Assembly: GCA_002269645.1 (NCBI GenBank) | Contig: NIVC01001735.1 | Coordinates: 118,888-182,887 of the forward strand | Direction of reading: 5' to 3' | Length of the DNA stretch: 64,000 nucleotides | Source: Macrostomum lignano | Lineage: Eukaryota | Shown here: positions 1-12,794 of the stretch, piece by piece | Layout of the letters: each line of letters begins with the position of its first letter | Numbering within the stretch: position 1 is the first letter of the stretch | Notes under the pieces: generated by a model | The model's input: the letters and a program-made list of their open reading frames with translations, nothing else | The model's database searches: none | What the model was told of the DNA's origin: nothing | Position numbers and translations under genes: made by a program

Positions 1-519
1 TATTAGCCATTTTGTCAACTGTCCGTGTCTTATTATTGCTTATTACTACTTACAGTAGTGTGGCAGTGCCTAGTTATTGTTGATTTATTAAAAAAATTGC
101 CCTACTTTGCATTGCTATTTCGTTATGTTTCTGACTTGATCAAAGGCTATTATTGTGTGCATAAAAATGGCTTGCAAATCATTCCGATATTAGAATTTGA
201 AGCTTTTTGAGGCGTAGAAACATTTATTTGTATAAAAAATTCTCTGTTTTATTACACTTTCTGTTTGATTGGCGCTATCGTGCAGAGTTTTACTGAGCAC
301 TTTGAATTCTTGGAATCATTTTGTTATTTTATAAGCACTTTTTTTGCGTTGTTCCTTGATGCAGCTGATCTGCCGGATAAAAGGGCTGTGCAGCTGTCTT
401 TGTGCAATTCCGCCCAATCCGCCCCATTAGTGGATACATCAAGTTGAAAATGTGTCTGCATCTAGATCGTAAATACTTAGTTTAATGCGCCTTTTAACTC
501 AATAGGCACTCAATCCATG

Positions 520-1130
520 CCTCTCTGCAAACCCACCTCACCCCTTCCACACACCCACCTCACTCCCTGCCCCTTCCACACACCACCTCACTCCCTGCCC
601 TCCACACACCCACCTCACTCGCTGTCCCTTCCACACCCACCTCACTCCCTGCCCCTCCACACGCCCACCTCACTCCCTGCCCCTTCCACACACCCACCTC
701 ACTCCCTGCCCCTCCACTCGCTAACCTCAATCCCTGCCCCTTCCACACACCCACCTCACTCGCTGTCCCTTCCACACACCCACCTCACTCCCTGCCCCTC
801 CACTCGCTTACCTCAATCCCTGCCCCTTCCACACACCCACCTCACTCCCTGCCCTCCACACACCCACCTAATTCCCTGCCCTCCACACACCCACCTCACT
901 CCCTGCCCCTTCCACACACCCACCTCACTCCCTGCCCCTCCACTCGCTAACCTCAATTCCTGCCCCTTCCACACACCCACCTCACTCCCTGCCCTCCACA
1001 CACCCACCTAATTCCCTGCCCTCCACACACCCACCTCACTCCCTGCCCCTCCACTCGCTAACCTCACTCCCTGCCCCTTCCACACACCCACCTCACTCCC
1101 TGCCGCTCCATACACCCACCTCACTCCCTG
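520..1130. repeat. C-rich minisatellite, ~29-31 bp variable unit (core CCACCTCACTCCCTGCC)
   Basis: Tandem cacacacccacctcactccctgcccc(t/tt)c units; boundaries approximate. Confidence 0.9.
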
Positions 1131-1920
1131 CTTAAGCTAGTTAAAAATTAACTAAAAAATGCTGGGAAACAGCTTTGCTAAGAAGTTCCACTTTGTCAGC
1201 AGCGGATCTACAGGTATCTTGTGGAAGAAACCAATAATACTTATGTCTAACCTGTTATTGACAGTAGCCATTTCGTGTTGTTTTTACACCAAGCAGAATT
1301 AAATCTCTTTATTGATAATCAGGTAAGGCGTTGCTCTGATATTATATAAACTTTAAATTACTTATAGGGGCATATTGTCCATTCAGAGATGCTTTTCTAT
1401 TTTCCGTCCCGACAAAACTGCGTTTTTTCCTGCAGTTCAGTTTTTCCTTGTACGCTGTCCGTCCAAAGTTCTTGGGTGTTTGCTAAAATTAAGCGATTTA
1501 TCAAGCTTCTCCGTCTCTGGAATCTTTGTTTGTACATACGTATACACAATTTCTATTAATTAGTCTTTGTTGTCGGGCACTGCTACACAGTAGAGTAGCA
1601 TGCAGATAGCTATCCTAGATAGATTCTATGCCGATTAAATTCTCTGCAGTTGATTTAATAGTACAGTCTACTTCCCGTTGAGTTTCCCGTAGTAACTACT
1701 CTGAAACCCTTTTTATCGGATATTGTTTTAGTTCGAGCTAATTGGATAGCCATGTCTTGATTAATGATAAAATGAATTACATTTTGTTTATCTGGCTCCT
1801 TCATTTTAAATATATCTTACTTATAATCCTATAAAATACGTAGGTTGCCTGAGTTTTCATTCTTTTGCTTTGTTACGAGCATATTTAAAACATTTGGCTT
1901 GAGTAACTGCTTCCGTCAAC

Positions 1921-2930
1921 TTTCCACCTCACTCCCTGCCCTTTCAAACACATCCACCTCACTCCCTGCCACTCTGAACACATACACCTCACTCCCTGCC
2001 ACTCTGAACACATCCACCTCACTCCCTGCCACTCTGAACACATCCACCTCACTCCCTGCCACTCTGAACACATCCACCTCACTCCCTGCCACTCTGAACA
2101 CATCCACCTCACTCCCTGCCACTCTGAACACATCCACCTCACTCCCTGCCACTCTGAACACATACACCTCACTCCCTGCCACTCTGAACACATCCACCTC
2201 ACTCCCTGCCACTCTGAACACATCCACCTCACTCCCTGCCACTCTGAACACATCCACCTCACTCCCTGCCACTCTGAACACATCCACCTCACTCCCTGCC
2301 ACTCTGAACACATCCACCTCACTCCCTGCCACTCTGAACACATCCACCTCACTCCCTGCCACTCTGAACACATCCACCTCACTCCCTGCCACTCTGAACA
2401 CATCCACCTCACTCCCTGCCACTCTGAACACATACACCTCACTCCCTGCCACTCTGAACACATCCACCTCACTCCCTGCCACTCTGAACACATCCACCTC
2501 ACTCCCTGCCACTCTGAACACATCCACCTCACTCCCTGCCACTCTGAACACATCCACCTCACTCCCTGCCACTCTGAACACATACACCTCACTCCCTGCC
2601 ACTCTGAACACATCCACCTCACTCCCTGCCACTCTGAACACATCCACCTCACTCCCTGCCACTCTGAACACATCCACCTCACTCCCTACCACTCTGAACA
2701 CATCCACCTCACTCCCTGCCACTCTGAACACATCCACCTCACTCCCTGCCACTCTGAACACATACACCTCACTCCCTGCATTTTCAAACACACCCACCTC
2801 ACTCCTTGCCACTCTGAACTCATCCATCTCACTGCCTGCTTCTCCGCACACACCCATCTCACTGCCTGCTTCTCCGCACACACCCATCTCACTCCTTGCA
2901 CTCCTTGCTCCTCTGCACACACCCACTTGC
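1921..2930. repeat. 30-bp minisatellite (catccacctcactccctgccactctgaaca), degenerate at right end
   Basis: Exact 30-nt period visible in line alignment; same core as the 520-1130 array. Confidence 0.95.
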
Positions 2931-2958
2931 GACATTATTAGCTATCGGTAGAACCAAT

Positions 2959-3482
2959 ATGACTAGCGCTCTGAATCACCACAGCAGTGCTCTCCACAGC
3001 TCTGCTTCATATTATTATTTGTCTCTTTGCATGCATTCAGAGCTGCCAATGGGTTCTAGTGGGAACATAGCGACAGCGCATCTGAACGATCCGGATGTTG
3101 ACGATGAGCGAGCGTCTCTTGAAGCAGCGGCCGCTTCAACGGCAGTGGCAGGCGACGGAGGGCAGCGGTACCGCGGCAAGCCTCTGACAGTAAAAGACGT
3201 GCTTTCCTGGCGCCGCCTGCAGCTGAGCCGGGCAAAGCTGAAAGCCAGTAGCCGTACATCCGCTCTTCTATCCGGCTTCGCCATTGTCGCCATGGTTGAG
3301 CTGGAGATCTCGTCCGGCAACAGTTCCTCGACCTCGTCGTCGCCGGCAGCGGCGGTGCCCAGCTGGCTGCTGGTGCTGTTCGCCAGCTCTGCCGCGCTGC
3401 TAATTGCCGTCCACATGCTGGCCTTGATGATCAGCACCTGCCTGCTGCCCAATCTGGAGAGCGTCAGCGAGAACGATGCCAG
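2959..3482 (+). CDS. Orai: Orai (CRAC channel pore subunit), exon 1 of 2; start codon uncertain (ATG 2959, 3031 or 3049)
   Basis: [32 protein letters not shown] matches Orai TM1 with the E106-equivalent; [16 protein letters not shown] matches TM2; GT donor at 3483 (phase 2). Confidence 0.93.
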
Positions 3483-3564
3483 GTACATTGTGCTTGTTGA
3501 CCTTTATTGTTCGATTCTTTATCTGGGAATGTCAATGGTGATGCCGTCAGCATTTAAGTGCTGG

Positions 3565-4742
3565 GGACATTTGACTGTCAGTGACATTTGACTGCCAGTG
3601 ACATTTGATTATCAGTGACATTCGACTGCCAGTGACATTTTACTGCCAGTGACATTTGACTGCCAGTGACATTTGACTGTCAGTGACATTTGACTGCCAG
3701 TGACATTTGACTGCCAGTGACATTTGACTACCAGTGACATTTGATTGTCAGTGACATTTGACTGCCAGTGACATTTGACTGTCAGTGACATTTGACTGCC
3801 AGTGACATTTGATTGTCAGTGACATATAACTGCCAGTGAAATTTGACTACCAGTGACATTTGATTGTCAGTGACATTTGACTGCCAGTGACATTTGACTG
3901 TCAGTGACATTTGACTGCCAGTGACATTTGACTGCCAGTGACATTCGACTGCCAGTGACATTTGACTGCCAGTGACATTTGACTGCCAGTGACATTTGAC
4001 TGTCAGTGAAATTTGACTGCCAGTGACATTTGATTGTCAGTGACATTTGACTGCCAGTGACATTTGATTGTCAGTGACATATAACTGCCAGTGAAATATG
4101 ACTACCAGTGACATTTTTGACTGTCAGTGACATTTGACTGTCAGTAACATATAACTGCCAGTGAAATTTGACTACCAGTGACATTTTTGACTGTCAGTGA
4201 CATTTGACTGTCAGTAACATATAACTGCCAGTGACATTTGACTACCAGTGACATATAACTGTCGGTGACATTTGACTGTCAGTGAGATATAACTGCCAGT
4301 GACATTTGACTGTCAGTGACATTTGACTACCAGTGACATTTGACTACCAGTGACATTTGACTGCCAGTGACATTTGACTGCCAGTGACATTTGACTGCCA
4401 GTGACATTTGACTGCCAGTGACATTTGACTACCAGTGACATTTGACTACCAGTGACATTTGACTACCAGTGACATTTTTGACTGTCAGTGACATTTGACT
4501 GTCAGTAACATATAACTGCCAGTGACATTTGACTACCAGTGACATATAACTGTCGGTGACATTTGACTGTCAGTGAGATATAACTACCAGTGACATTTGA
4601 CTGTCAGTGACATTTGACTACCAGTGACATTTGACTACCAGTGACATTTGACTACCAGTGACATTTGACTACCAGTGACATTTGACTGTCAGTGACATTT
4701 GACTACCAGTGACATTTGACTACCAGTGACATTTGACTGTCA
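3565..4742. repeat. 17-bp minisatellite (cagtgacatttgactgc) filling the Orai intron
   Basis: 17-nt period, e.g. cagtgacat at 3613 and 3630. Confidence 0.95.
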
Positions 4743-4976
4743 ACAGCGATTCCAACTGGACTCTGAAACAAGTCCTGCGCAGTGAGCCAAATTCCGCAGA
4801 GATCGACATTCCCATACTTTATAGAATTGCCTATGACAAAACAGCAAAAAGACAATACTCGTATCTTCTTACTTTTAGAAAATTAGCATGCATATATATT
4901 TTACATTTGTGGTATGTCATCCGTTTACCCCTGAGCTGCTCCGCATCTCCCATCAACCCCCGTCCCTGCCTTGCAG

Positions 4977-5298
4977 AACCATTCGAGCATCGCCGCACGA
5001 CAAAATGCGCTTCTACATCGAGACATCCTGGATATTCAGCACCGGCTTAGGCATCCTGCTATTCCTAGTTGTTGTGGTGCTGCAGACCTGGGTGAAGTTC
5101 TACGCCGTCTCCAAGACGGCAGCCATCGCGGCCACCGCCATCATCGCGCCCGTAGTGGTGGTGTTTGTCGTGTTCGCCCTGGTGTTCTATCACCAGCTGA
5201 CTCTGCACAAGTTCCGGCGCGCCGCACTCATGGTCGAGCGGCTCCAGCTGGATTTGCGCGCTTTTAGCGCCGCCGGCGACGACGTGAAGATGGTGTGA
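4977..5298 (+). CDS. Orai: Orai exon 2 of 2 (TM3, TM4, C-terminus)
   Basis: Acceptor ttgcag at 4971-4976 joins in frame (DAR|TIRASPHDKMRFYIETSWIFSTGLG); E190-equivalent, TM4 Pro and LTLHK nexus-like motif; TGA stop. Confidence 0.93.
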
Positions 5299-6889
5299 CG
5301 CAATCAGTGTACTTTTATAACTGTGTGTCACGTGATCAGTGCAGAGTTGCTCAAATGGATAGCTAAAGTACAAGGGGCGCTATCGAAACAAATTAACAAT
5401 TTTCAAATCAATCAATTCACAATATCTCTCATGCTGGACTCTCGAATAGCAAACAAAGTGAGCATTTGTTTTGCCGGAGGCTTCTCAAACTTTTTAGTAG
5501 CGGGCGGAGCAGCTCAGCAGTTACAGAGTCCGACTCTCGTGTCGCGACCCCTGGTCTTTTAGTTGTCCATCTTGTACGCCTTACTTATCGTATTGTGTAA
5601 ATTTTTTTAACGGAACAAGCATTCTGAAACTATTCACGTGCAATTGTCATTTATTCTGTGTTCATTCCAATTCCATTGAAGCAAATGGCACCAGTAATAA
5701 ATAAACTGGAACGTCTTCCCAAGCACAATTATTTTTATAAAGTATATTATCGGTTGAGATCAACAGGCCACCAAGTTGGCACAGCAGTTTTACTACTACA
5801 TGCATTTGATTTTAAAGCATTAGAAATTATAATATAAATAAATATGCACATATATTATAGTGAACTCTGGCAGCTACAAGGCGTATAAAGGAGCGCAGAA
5901 GTAGCGCATTCAATCATTCATTAATTAATAGTCATGTGCGCAATAGTTATGTTTATAGACTCTAATGAATAATATCTCCGGGAGTTACTGGGAGCGAATG
6001 CAGACTTACAATAGCTTATTTATTATAAAACCATTTATTTAAGCGCGTTACTAAGGCGCATCATCACAAACAGCTATAGAATATAAAACAAAACAGTCCG
6101 TCATAAATAAGAAATCAAAATAGTGCTGTTCACTACTGTACAACGCGCATGAAATTATGATTTATATAATAATTTTCATGCTCTGAACTCTTAAAATTAA
6201 TCATTTGCTACTGTTAAACCGATTGCAATAACCGATAGAATAAGAAATGCAATGAAAAATAATTCAGCAACTATTGATGATAAATTAATCGAATAACCTG
6301 TTCAAGAAGGTCCAAGTATAGGAGTCCATGGCTACACTATACTATGTCAACCCGTTTCCAGTCCAAGTAGGTTCATCAGTCCATGGCTACACTATAGCAG
6401 CCAGTTTCCAGTCCAAAGAGGTTCAGGAGTCCATGTCCATGAAAAATTATACATGTACTAAAGAATAAAAAAATCAACGGCCTGAGAATCAAGGACCAGC
6501 AGCAGGAAGAGGATGTCGTGTAATTCAATATTTACAAGAAAATCAAATTGGCAATGCGTATTTTTAATCCAAAATTGGCACAAAATAAGCGCGCTACATC
6601 CTCATAAACTAACTAGTGGTCCTTGATGCAAATAGACACGAATCTGAAATCTGATTATACTGAAACAGACAGCATGCTGTCCTATTAAAACAAAAGTCAA
6701 AGCATGCAAACTGCTTCATTTTGTTAATCAAATAAACTTAGTAAAGAAATTTACGCGAGGCGAGTACAAGGCAGGAGTGAAACAAAATAACTTAGCTACA
6801 AACAGCGATTAGCTACGTGTGAATAGAAATTGATAACCCGGACTAGATAAAGCCTAGTGAACCACTAATTTTAACACTCATAACATAAC

Positions 6890-7475
6890 ACTCACAGTGG
6901 GACCGGAAGTGGCAGTCACAAAGAGGGAGAGTAGCGGCTCACAGTGGGACCGGAAGTGGCAGTCACGAAGGGGGAGAATAGCGGCTCACAGTGAGACCGG
7001 AACTGGCAGTCACGAACGGGGAGTAGCAGCTCAGAGTGGGACCGGAAGTGGCAGTCACGAAGGGGAGAGTAGCGGCTCACAGTGGGACCGAAAGTGGCAG
7101 TCGCGAAGGGGGAGAGTAGCGGCTCACAGTGGGACCGGAAGTGGCAGTCACGAAGGGGGGAGAATAGCGGCTCACAGTGGGACCGGAAGTGGCAGTCACG
7201 AAGGGGGAGAGTAGCGGCTCACAGTGGGACCGGAAGTGGCAGTCACGAAGGGGGGAGAGTAGCGGCTCAGAGTGGGACCGGAAGTGGCAGTCATGAAGGG
7301 AGACAGTAGCGGCTCACAGTGGGACCGGAAGTGGCAGTCACGAAGGGGGAGAGTAGCGGCTCACAGTGGGACCGGAAGTGGCAGTCACGAAGGGGGGAGA
7401 ATAGCGGTTCACAGTGGGACCGGAAGTGGCAGTCACGAACGGGGAGAGTAGCGGCTCACAGTGGGACCGGAAGTA
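6890..7475. repeat. ~46-48 bp G-rich minisatellite (cacagtgggaccggaagtggcagtcacgaagggggagagtagcggct), ~13 units
   Basis: Direct tandem units seen in sequence. Confidence 0.92.
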
Positions 7476-7616
7476 GGTCCAAATGTCCATAAGAAGAGTT
7501 TGGCGCGATTACGTAAAAAATAAAGCAATTCAAAAAGCTTGGATTTTGGAGCACCGCACTTTAAACTTTGGCTCAATGAGTAACTGTATAAGCATGATAA
7601 AATTCGAATCGCACTT

Positions 7617-8327
7617 TCAAGAATTTGTTGAACTAGCATCGCTATTAGCAGTAGTAGCTGTCAGAGCGGCTGCGTCTTTGAAAACGCCATCAAATTCTAA
7701 TTGGAAAAAGTCGTGAAACACTTCGTGGCACATTTGCAAATCCTCGCCGCCACCGCCGCTACTGCCGCCGCTAGCGGCGCCGTTGAAGGCCTCGGCGGCG
7801 CCAAGTTCGTTGAGCTGCGCCAGCCGCAGCAGGGTGACAGAGTCAGCATTCACGGATCGCATGGCCAGGTCGAATGCGGTGTCGCCAGCCGAGTCGGGCA
7901 GCCGTTGACTTGCCCGACGACGCAGCAGATGGAAGACGCATCTGGTCAGCTGCAGTTCGCAGGCGTGGTGCAGCGCAGTTTTACCTTCGGCGTCGGGCAG
8001 GTCGACACGAGCCCCGTTCAGCAGCAGCAGCTCGCAGCCGGCCACGCTGCCCGCCCTGGCGCAGGCGATCAGCGGCGTCCGGTTGGCCGAGTCCAGCCGG
8101 TTCACCGAGGCGCCGTGCGCCAGCGCCGCCAACATTCCGGTCAGGTCGGCGTCGGCGGCCGCGGCCGAGGCCAGTGCAGCGTCTGGCTCCAGACCGTCTG
8201 GCAGCGGGCGAAGATAGCGGCGGTGCAGCCACTTGTCCGTGATGAACTCCTTGCGGCGAGCGGGATCGGCAGTGGGCCCCAGACGCGGCTGGCTGTCTGG
8301 TCGGCTGTGCTCTTGGATGGCGTTCAC
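7617..8327 (-). CDS. ACAP: ACAP/centaurin-beta-like ArfGAP, exon 5 of 5 (end of ArfGAP, ankyrin repeats)
   Basis: Acceptor ccccttag at 8328+; GNAK|VNAIQE join; RKEFITDKW and ankyrin motifs TPLIACARAGS, TALHHACEL; TGA at 7617. Confidence 0.9.
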   Translation of the reverse strand: MNAIQEHSRPDSQPRLGPTADPARRKEFITDKWLHRRYLRPLPDGLEPDAALASAAAADADLTGMLAALAHGASVNRLDSANRTPLIACARAGSVAGCELLLLNGARVDLPDAEGKTALHHACELQLTRCVFHLLRRRASQRLPDSAGDTAFDLAMRSVNADSVTLLRLAQLNELGAAEAFNGAASGGSSGGGGEDLQMCHEVFHDFFQLEFDGVFKDAAALTATTANSDASSTNS

Positions 8328-8459
8328 CTAAGGGAGGGGGCGGTGTGGGACGAGCATCTCTGACTATGGGGACGCGACAGCGAGATCAATAGCGGCAAGG
8401 CAGGAGCAGTGGCGCAGTCTGAGCATTTGGGGCATACCCTGAGAAACCTTAGCCCGAGA

Positions 8460-9277
8460 ATCTGGGATAACAGCGGCTTAACCTGAGGATCTGGGATAAC
8501 AGCGGCTTGACCTGAGGATCTGGGATAACAGCGGATTAACCCGAGGATCTGGGATAACAGCGACTTGACCTGAGGATCTGGGATAACAGCGGCTTAACCT
8601 GAGGATCTGGGATAACAGCGGCTTAACCTGAGGATCTGGGATAACAGCGGCTTAACCTGAGGATCTGGGATAACAGCGGCTTAACCCGAGGATCTGGGAT
8701 AACAGCGGCGTGACCTGAGGATCTGGGATAACAGCGGCTTAACCCGAGGATCTGGGATAACAGCGGCGTGACCTGAGGATCTGGGATAACAGCGGCTTAA
8801 CCTGAGGATCTGGGATAACAGCGGCTTAACCTGAGGATCTGGGATAACAGCGACTTGACCTGAGGATCTGGGATAACAGCGGCTTAACCTGAGGATCTGG
8901 GATAACAGCGGCGTGACCTGAGGATCTGGGATAACAGCGACTTGACCTGAGGATCTGGGATAACAGCGGCGTGACCTGAGGATCTGGGATAACAGCGACT
9001 TGACCTGAGGATCTGGGATAACAGCGACTTGACCTGAGGATCTGGGATAACAGCGACTTGACCTGAGGATCTGGGATAACAGCGGCGTGACCTGAGGATC
9101 TGGGATAACAGCGGCTTGACCTGAGGATCTGAGATAACAGCGTATTAACCTGAGGATCTGGGATAACAGCGGCTTGACCTGAGGATCTGTGATAACAGCG
9201 TATTAACCTGAGGTTCTGGGATAACAGCGGATTAATCTAAAAATGTGGGATAACAGCGGCTTGACCTGAGGATCTGG
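8460..9277. repeat. 29-bp minisatellite (tctgggataacagcggcttaacctgagga) in ACAP intron 4
   Basis: 29-nt period. Confidence 0.95.
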
Positions 9278-9363
9278 GAGGTTAGCACTACAGCATGGTA
9301 TCATGATCTGGTAGGAAGCAGGACACGAATAGAAGCCAATCCAGGGAGCTTGATATCACTCAC

Positions 9364-10107
9364 CTTGGCATTGCCCAGCGCTAGCATGAGCCTCAGCGTG
9401 AACGGCTCCCACGTGTCCAGCGTGAGCGACTTGACCTTGGAGACGTGAACACCCAGAGATCTGTGCACCCCAGAGCAGTCGATGCACACCAGTATGCCGC
9501 GATTCACACATGACCAACGCGGCTTGTCGGCGCCGCAGTCGCAGCAGACGGAATTGCCTGGCACCGATTGGATGAGGCGAACAGCGTCCTGATGCTGCGC
9601 CTCCAGCTGACCGGCTCGTTCAGCGGCCGCTGCGGCCGCGTCAAAGGCGGAGGCTTGATGAGTTGGCTGATTGGAAGATCCCGTAGAAGAAGAATTTACC
9701 GACGCCGACGCGTTGCCGGATTCCGACAATGACTGCAGGCCTTCAGATGCGGAGCCGGGCGTAGAAGCCGAGGTGAGCGTGTTGGAGCGGTGATGCTGCC
9801 AGCCGCTCTGCAGGGCGGTGCACCACAGCAGCAGGTCGGCGGGATTCTCAGCCTGCAACAGGTGAGTCCGCTCGGGCGCGATCAGCTCCAGTACGTAGCG
9901 CCTGTCGTCCTGCGGTCGCGACTTTGCCGTACAGATTCGCAAATCGTCCTCCAGACAGGTGACATCGGAGGCGTCGGTCTTCTTGCAGTAGTACAGGCGA
10001 TTGTCTTTGATGAAGAACCAGCGACGGACCCAAGGCTTGAACTTCTTGTGCGCCTTGCGGAACAGGTAGCCTTCCAGGTTCCGGCCAGTGGGCGACGCGG
10101 GCGTCTC
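9364..10107 (-). CDS. ACAP: ACAP exon 4 of 5 (PH domain and ArfGAP zinc finger)
   Basis: [31 protein letters not shown] (PH); [31 protein letters not shown] (ArfGAP with Arg finger); donor GTGAGT at 9363; 744 nt, phase 0/0; 5' acceptor choice less certain. Confidence 0.88.
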
Positions 10108-10139
10108 CTGCGGTGGGAACGTAGTCGGAGAATTGTAGC

Positions 10140-10860
10140 TGTTAGCAGCCTGTTGGTCAGCTATTGACAGCCTGTTGGTAAGCTATTAACAGCCTGTTGG
10201 TCAGCTATTGACAGCCTGTTGGTCAGCTATTGACAGCCTGTTTGTCAGCTATTAACAGCCTGTTGGTCAGCTATTAACAGCCCGTTGGTCAGCAATTATT
10301 AACCTGGTGGTCAGCTATTAACAGCCTGTTGGTCAGCTATTAAAAGCCTGTTGGTCAGCTGTAAACAGCCTGTTGGTCAGTTATTAACAGCCTGTTGGTC
10401 AGCTATTAAAAGCCTGTTGGTCAGCTGTAAACAGCCTGTTGGTCAGCTATTAACAGCCTGTTGGACAGCTATTAACAGCCTGTTGGTCAGCTATTAACAG
10501 CCTGTTGGTCAGCTGTTAACAGCCTGTTGGTCAGCTATTAACAGCCTGTTGGTCAGCTATTGACGGCGTCACAGCCTGTTTGTCAACTATTGACAGCCTG
10601 ATAGTCAGCTATTAACAGCCTGTTGGTCAGCTATTAACAGCCTGTTGGTCAGCTATTAACAGCCTGTTTGTCAGCTATTGACAGCCTGATAGTCAGCTAT
10701 TGACAGCCTGATAGTCAGCTATTAACAGCCTGTTGGTCAGCAATTATTAACCTGTTGGTCCGCTATTAACAGCCTGTTGGTCAGCTATTGACAGCCTGTT
10801 GGTCAGCTATTGACAGCCTGTTTGTCAGCTATTGACAGCCTGTTGGTCAGCTATTAACAG
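10140..10860. repeat. 22-bp minisatellite (cagcctgttggtcagctattaa) in ACAP intron 3
   Basis: tgttgg recurs at 10151, 10173, 10195. Confidence 0.93.
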
Positions 10861-11829
10861 TAATGCGTTAGAATACCAGAAAAGCATAAAATTACACCTG
10901 GATTATACACAGACCGTACAGAGAAAGGCCCTATCGCTAGGCTTGGCAAGCATCAGTTGGCATAAACTCTATGCAAATGTTGGCAGCTGATTTATAATCT
11001 ACCCCCCCCCTTCGTCTCTCTGCCACTTTGATTACTGATCTGGATAACCTTCAAACATTTCCTCATGCAGCCTTAGTGCAGATCGATAAAAGCTGATAAA
11101 AAATGAATACGCTTAGCTGCAGCGCTCTGCTAGCATCAGTTTTAGCCACATGGCAAAATTCATACTGCAATTTTATTATATAGAATTTCTATATGATGCA
11201 TCACTATATAAACCAGCAGATCTGTCCTCTATAAATACAATCTAAATGATGAATATTATACGGCAAACAGTTGTAACTCGCTTAAATTTCAATGGTTTCG
11301 AAGTCTTCCAACTTGCACTAACTTTACCAACTGGTTGCGCAGATATTGATAATTCACACTTAATTGGAATGTAATTAAATACAATCAAAATTTGTTGAAA
11401 TGATTAAAAATCAATTATTATCATCAGTTAATAGGTGATCACGTATGAAATTCAAGGCTTTACAATTCAATTAATTCAAAGTACTTACACTTCGACAAGT
11501 CTGCAAAAATGTCACGAGAGGATGGTAAATACAGAATCACACAACGTATTGTTCTGAATAGTAATTATAATTATTTTCTAATTAACACCAAATTTCTCTG
11601 TTTATTACAAATGGAAGCGTTAATAAAAGTTTTAAGCAAGTGGTTTTAAACACAGAATAAACATGCACTCGATGAACCCAAACACCATAAAGACTTCACT
11701 GCCAATTTGGTGGAAGGCTTGGCGAGAATACACAATGTAAACATTCTACTGTATAAGGCCTTTGTTTTGTTTTTTATTATACCGTTGAAAATTGGAGCAC
11801 TGCTTTTGTGCCAGTATGACGGATAAACA

Positions 11830-12410
11830 TTAAACACACTGACAGACTCAAAACAAACCGAAACACACAAAGACACACTGACAGACACAAAACAAACCGA
11901 AACACACAAAGACACACAGACAGAAACAAAGAGACACTGACAGACACAAAGACAAACTAACAGACACAAAGACGAACTAACAGACACAAAGACACACTGA
12001 AAGAAACAGACACACTGGCAGACACAAAACATATTGAGACAAAGATACAGTGACAGACACAAAGACACACTGACAGACACAAAGACACACTGACAGACAC
12101 AAAGACAAACTAACAGACACAAAGACACACTGAAAGAAACAGACACACTGGTAGACACAAAACATATTGAGACAAAGATACAGTGACAGACACAAAGACA
12201 CACTGACAGACACAAAGACAAACTAACAGACACAAAGACACACTGAAAGAAACAGACACACTGGTAGACACAAAACATATTGAGACAAAGATACAGTGAC
12301 AGACACAAAGACACACTGACAGACACAAAGACACAAAGACAGACACAAAGACACACTGACAGACACAAAGACACACTGGCAGACACAAAGGCATGTGTGA
12401 GACACAAACA
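11830..12410. repeat. Compound GACACA/GACAGA low-complexity repeat with longer-period duplications in ACAP intron 3
   Basis: acagacacaaagacacactg units plus repeated aaaacatattgagacaaagatacagtg blocks. Confidence 0.85.
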
Positions 12411-12554
12411 TACACCATCATACACCAGACAAAACGAAACACCAGAATACCCAGAGAGACAGAAAATACTATTTTAGCACGATTTTTAAGCCGAAAATAC
12501 TGGCGCAACGGTAACCAAGCAGGGATGATGAAGAGAGCTATTCCAGACTCTCAC

Positions 12555-12752
12555 CTGTCGAAGCAGCTCGTGCCGGGTCTCCATTCGACGCAGCTCCGCG
12601 TCGGTCTGGGCCCGAACGTCGCTCATCTGCTGCTGCACGAACTCCATCCAGGGATTGGTGTCGCTTAAAAATGCGGCAGAATTCGATATGCAAGCCTTGT
12701 ACCTGTCTACTAGGCGAGCTAAGCAGTCCAATAAGTTCACGTTCTTGCGCAC
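12555..12752 (-). CDS. ACAP: ACAP exon 3 of 5 (C-terminal BAR helices)
   Basis: Acceptor ctttccag and donor GTGAGA; 198 nt; VRKNVNLLDCLARL..RMETRHELLRQ fits the end of an ACAP BAR domain. Confidence 0.82.
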
Positions 12753-12794
12753 CTGGAAAGGCAAAGGAGGGAAGGAGGCCAACGTTGGATTCGG

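Noticed and set aside
1845-2951. Long ORFs on both strands (SLPATLNTST repeats), mucin-like
   Set aside because: A stop-free 30-bp unit keeps several frames open; no signal peptide or unique domain
7701-8363. Antisense or overlapping ORFs over GC-rich exons (also 39616-40473, 41581-42337, 43506-44363, 61489-62169)
   Set aside because: Shadows of GC3-rich true coding frames; no independent motifs
8460-9277. gggataacagcg in the 29-bp unit resembles LSU/mt-16S rRNA and the I-SceI site
   Set aside because: Only a 10-12 nt match with no flanking similarity; chance is likely
11646-12508. Cys/Val-rich ORFs on the minus strand
   Set aside because: Translations of the GACACA low-complexity repeat in an ACAP intron
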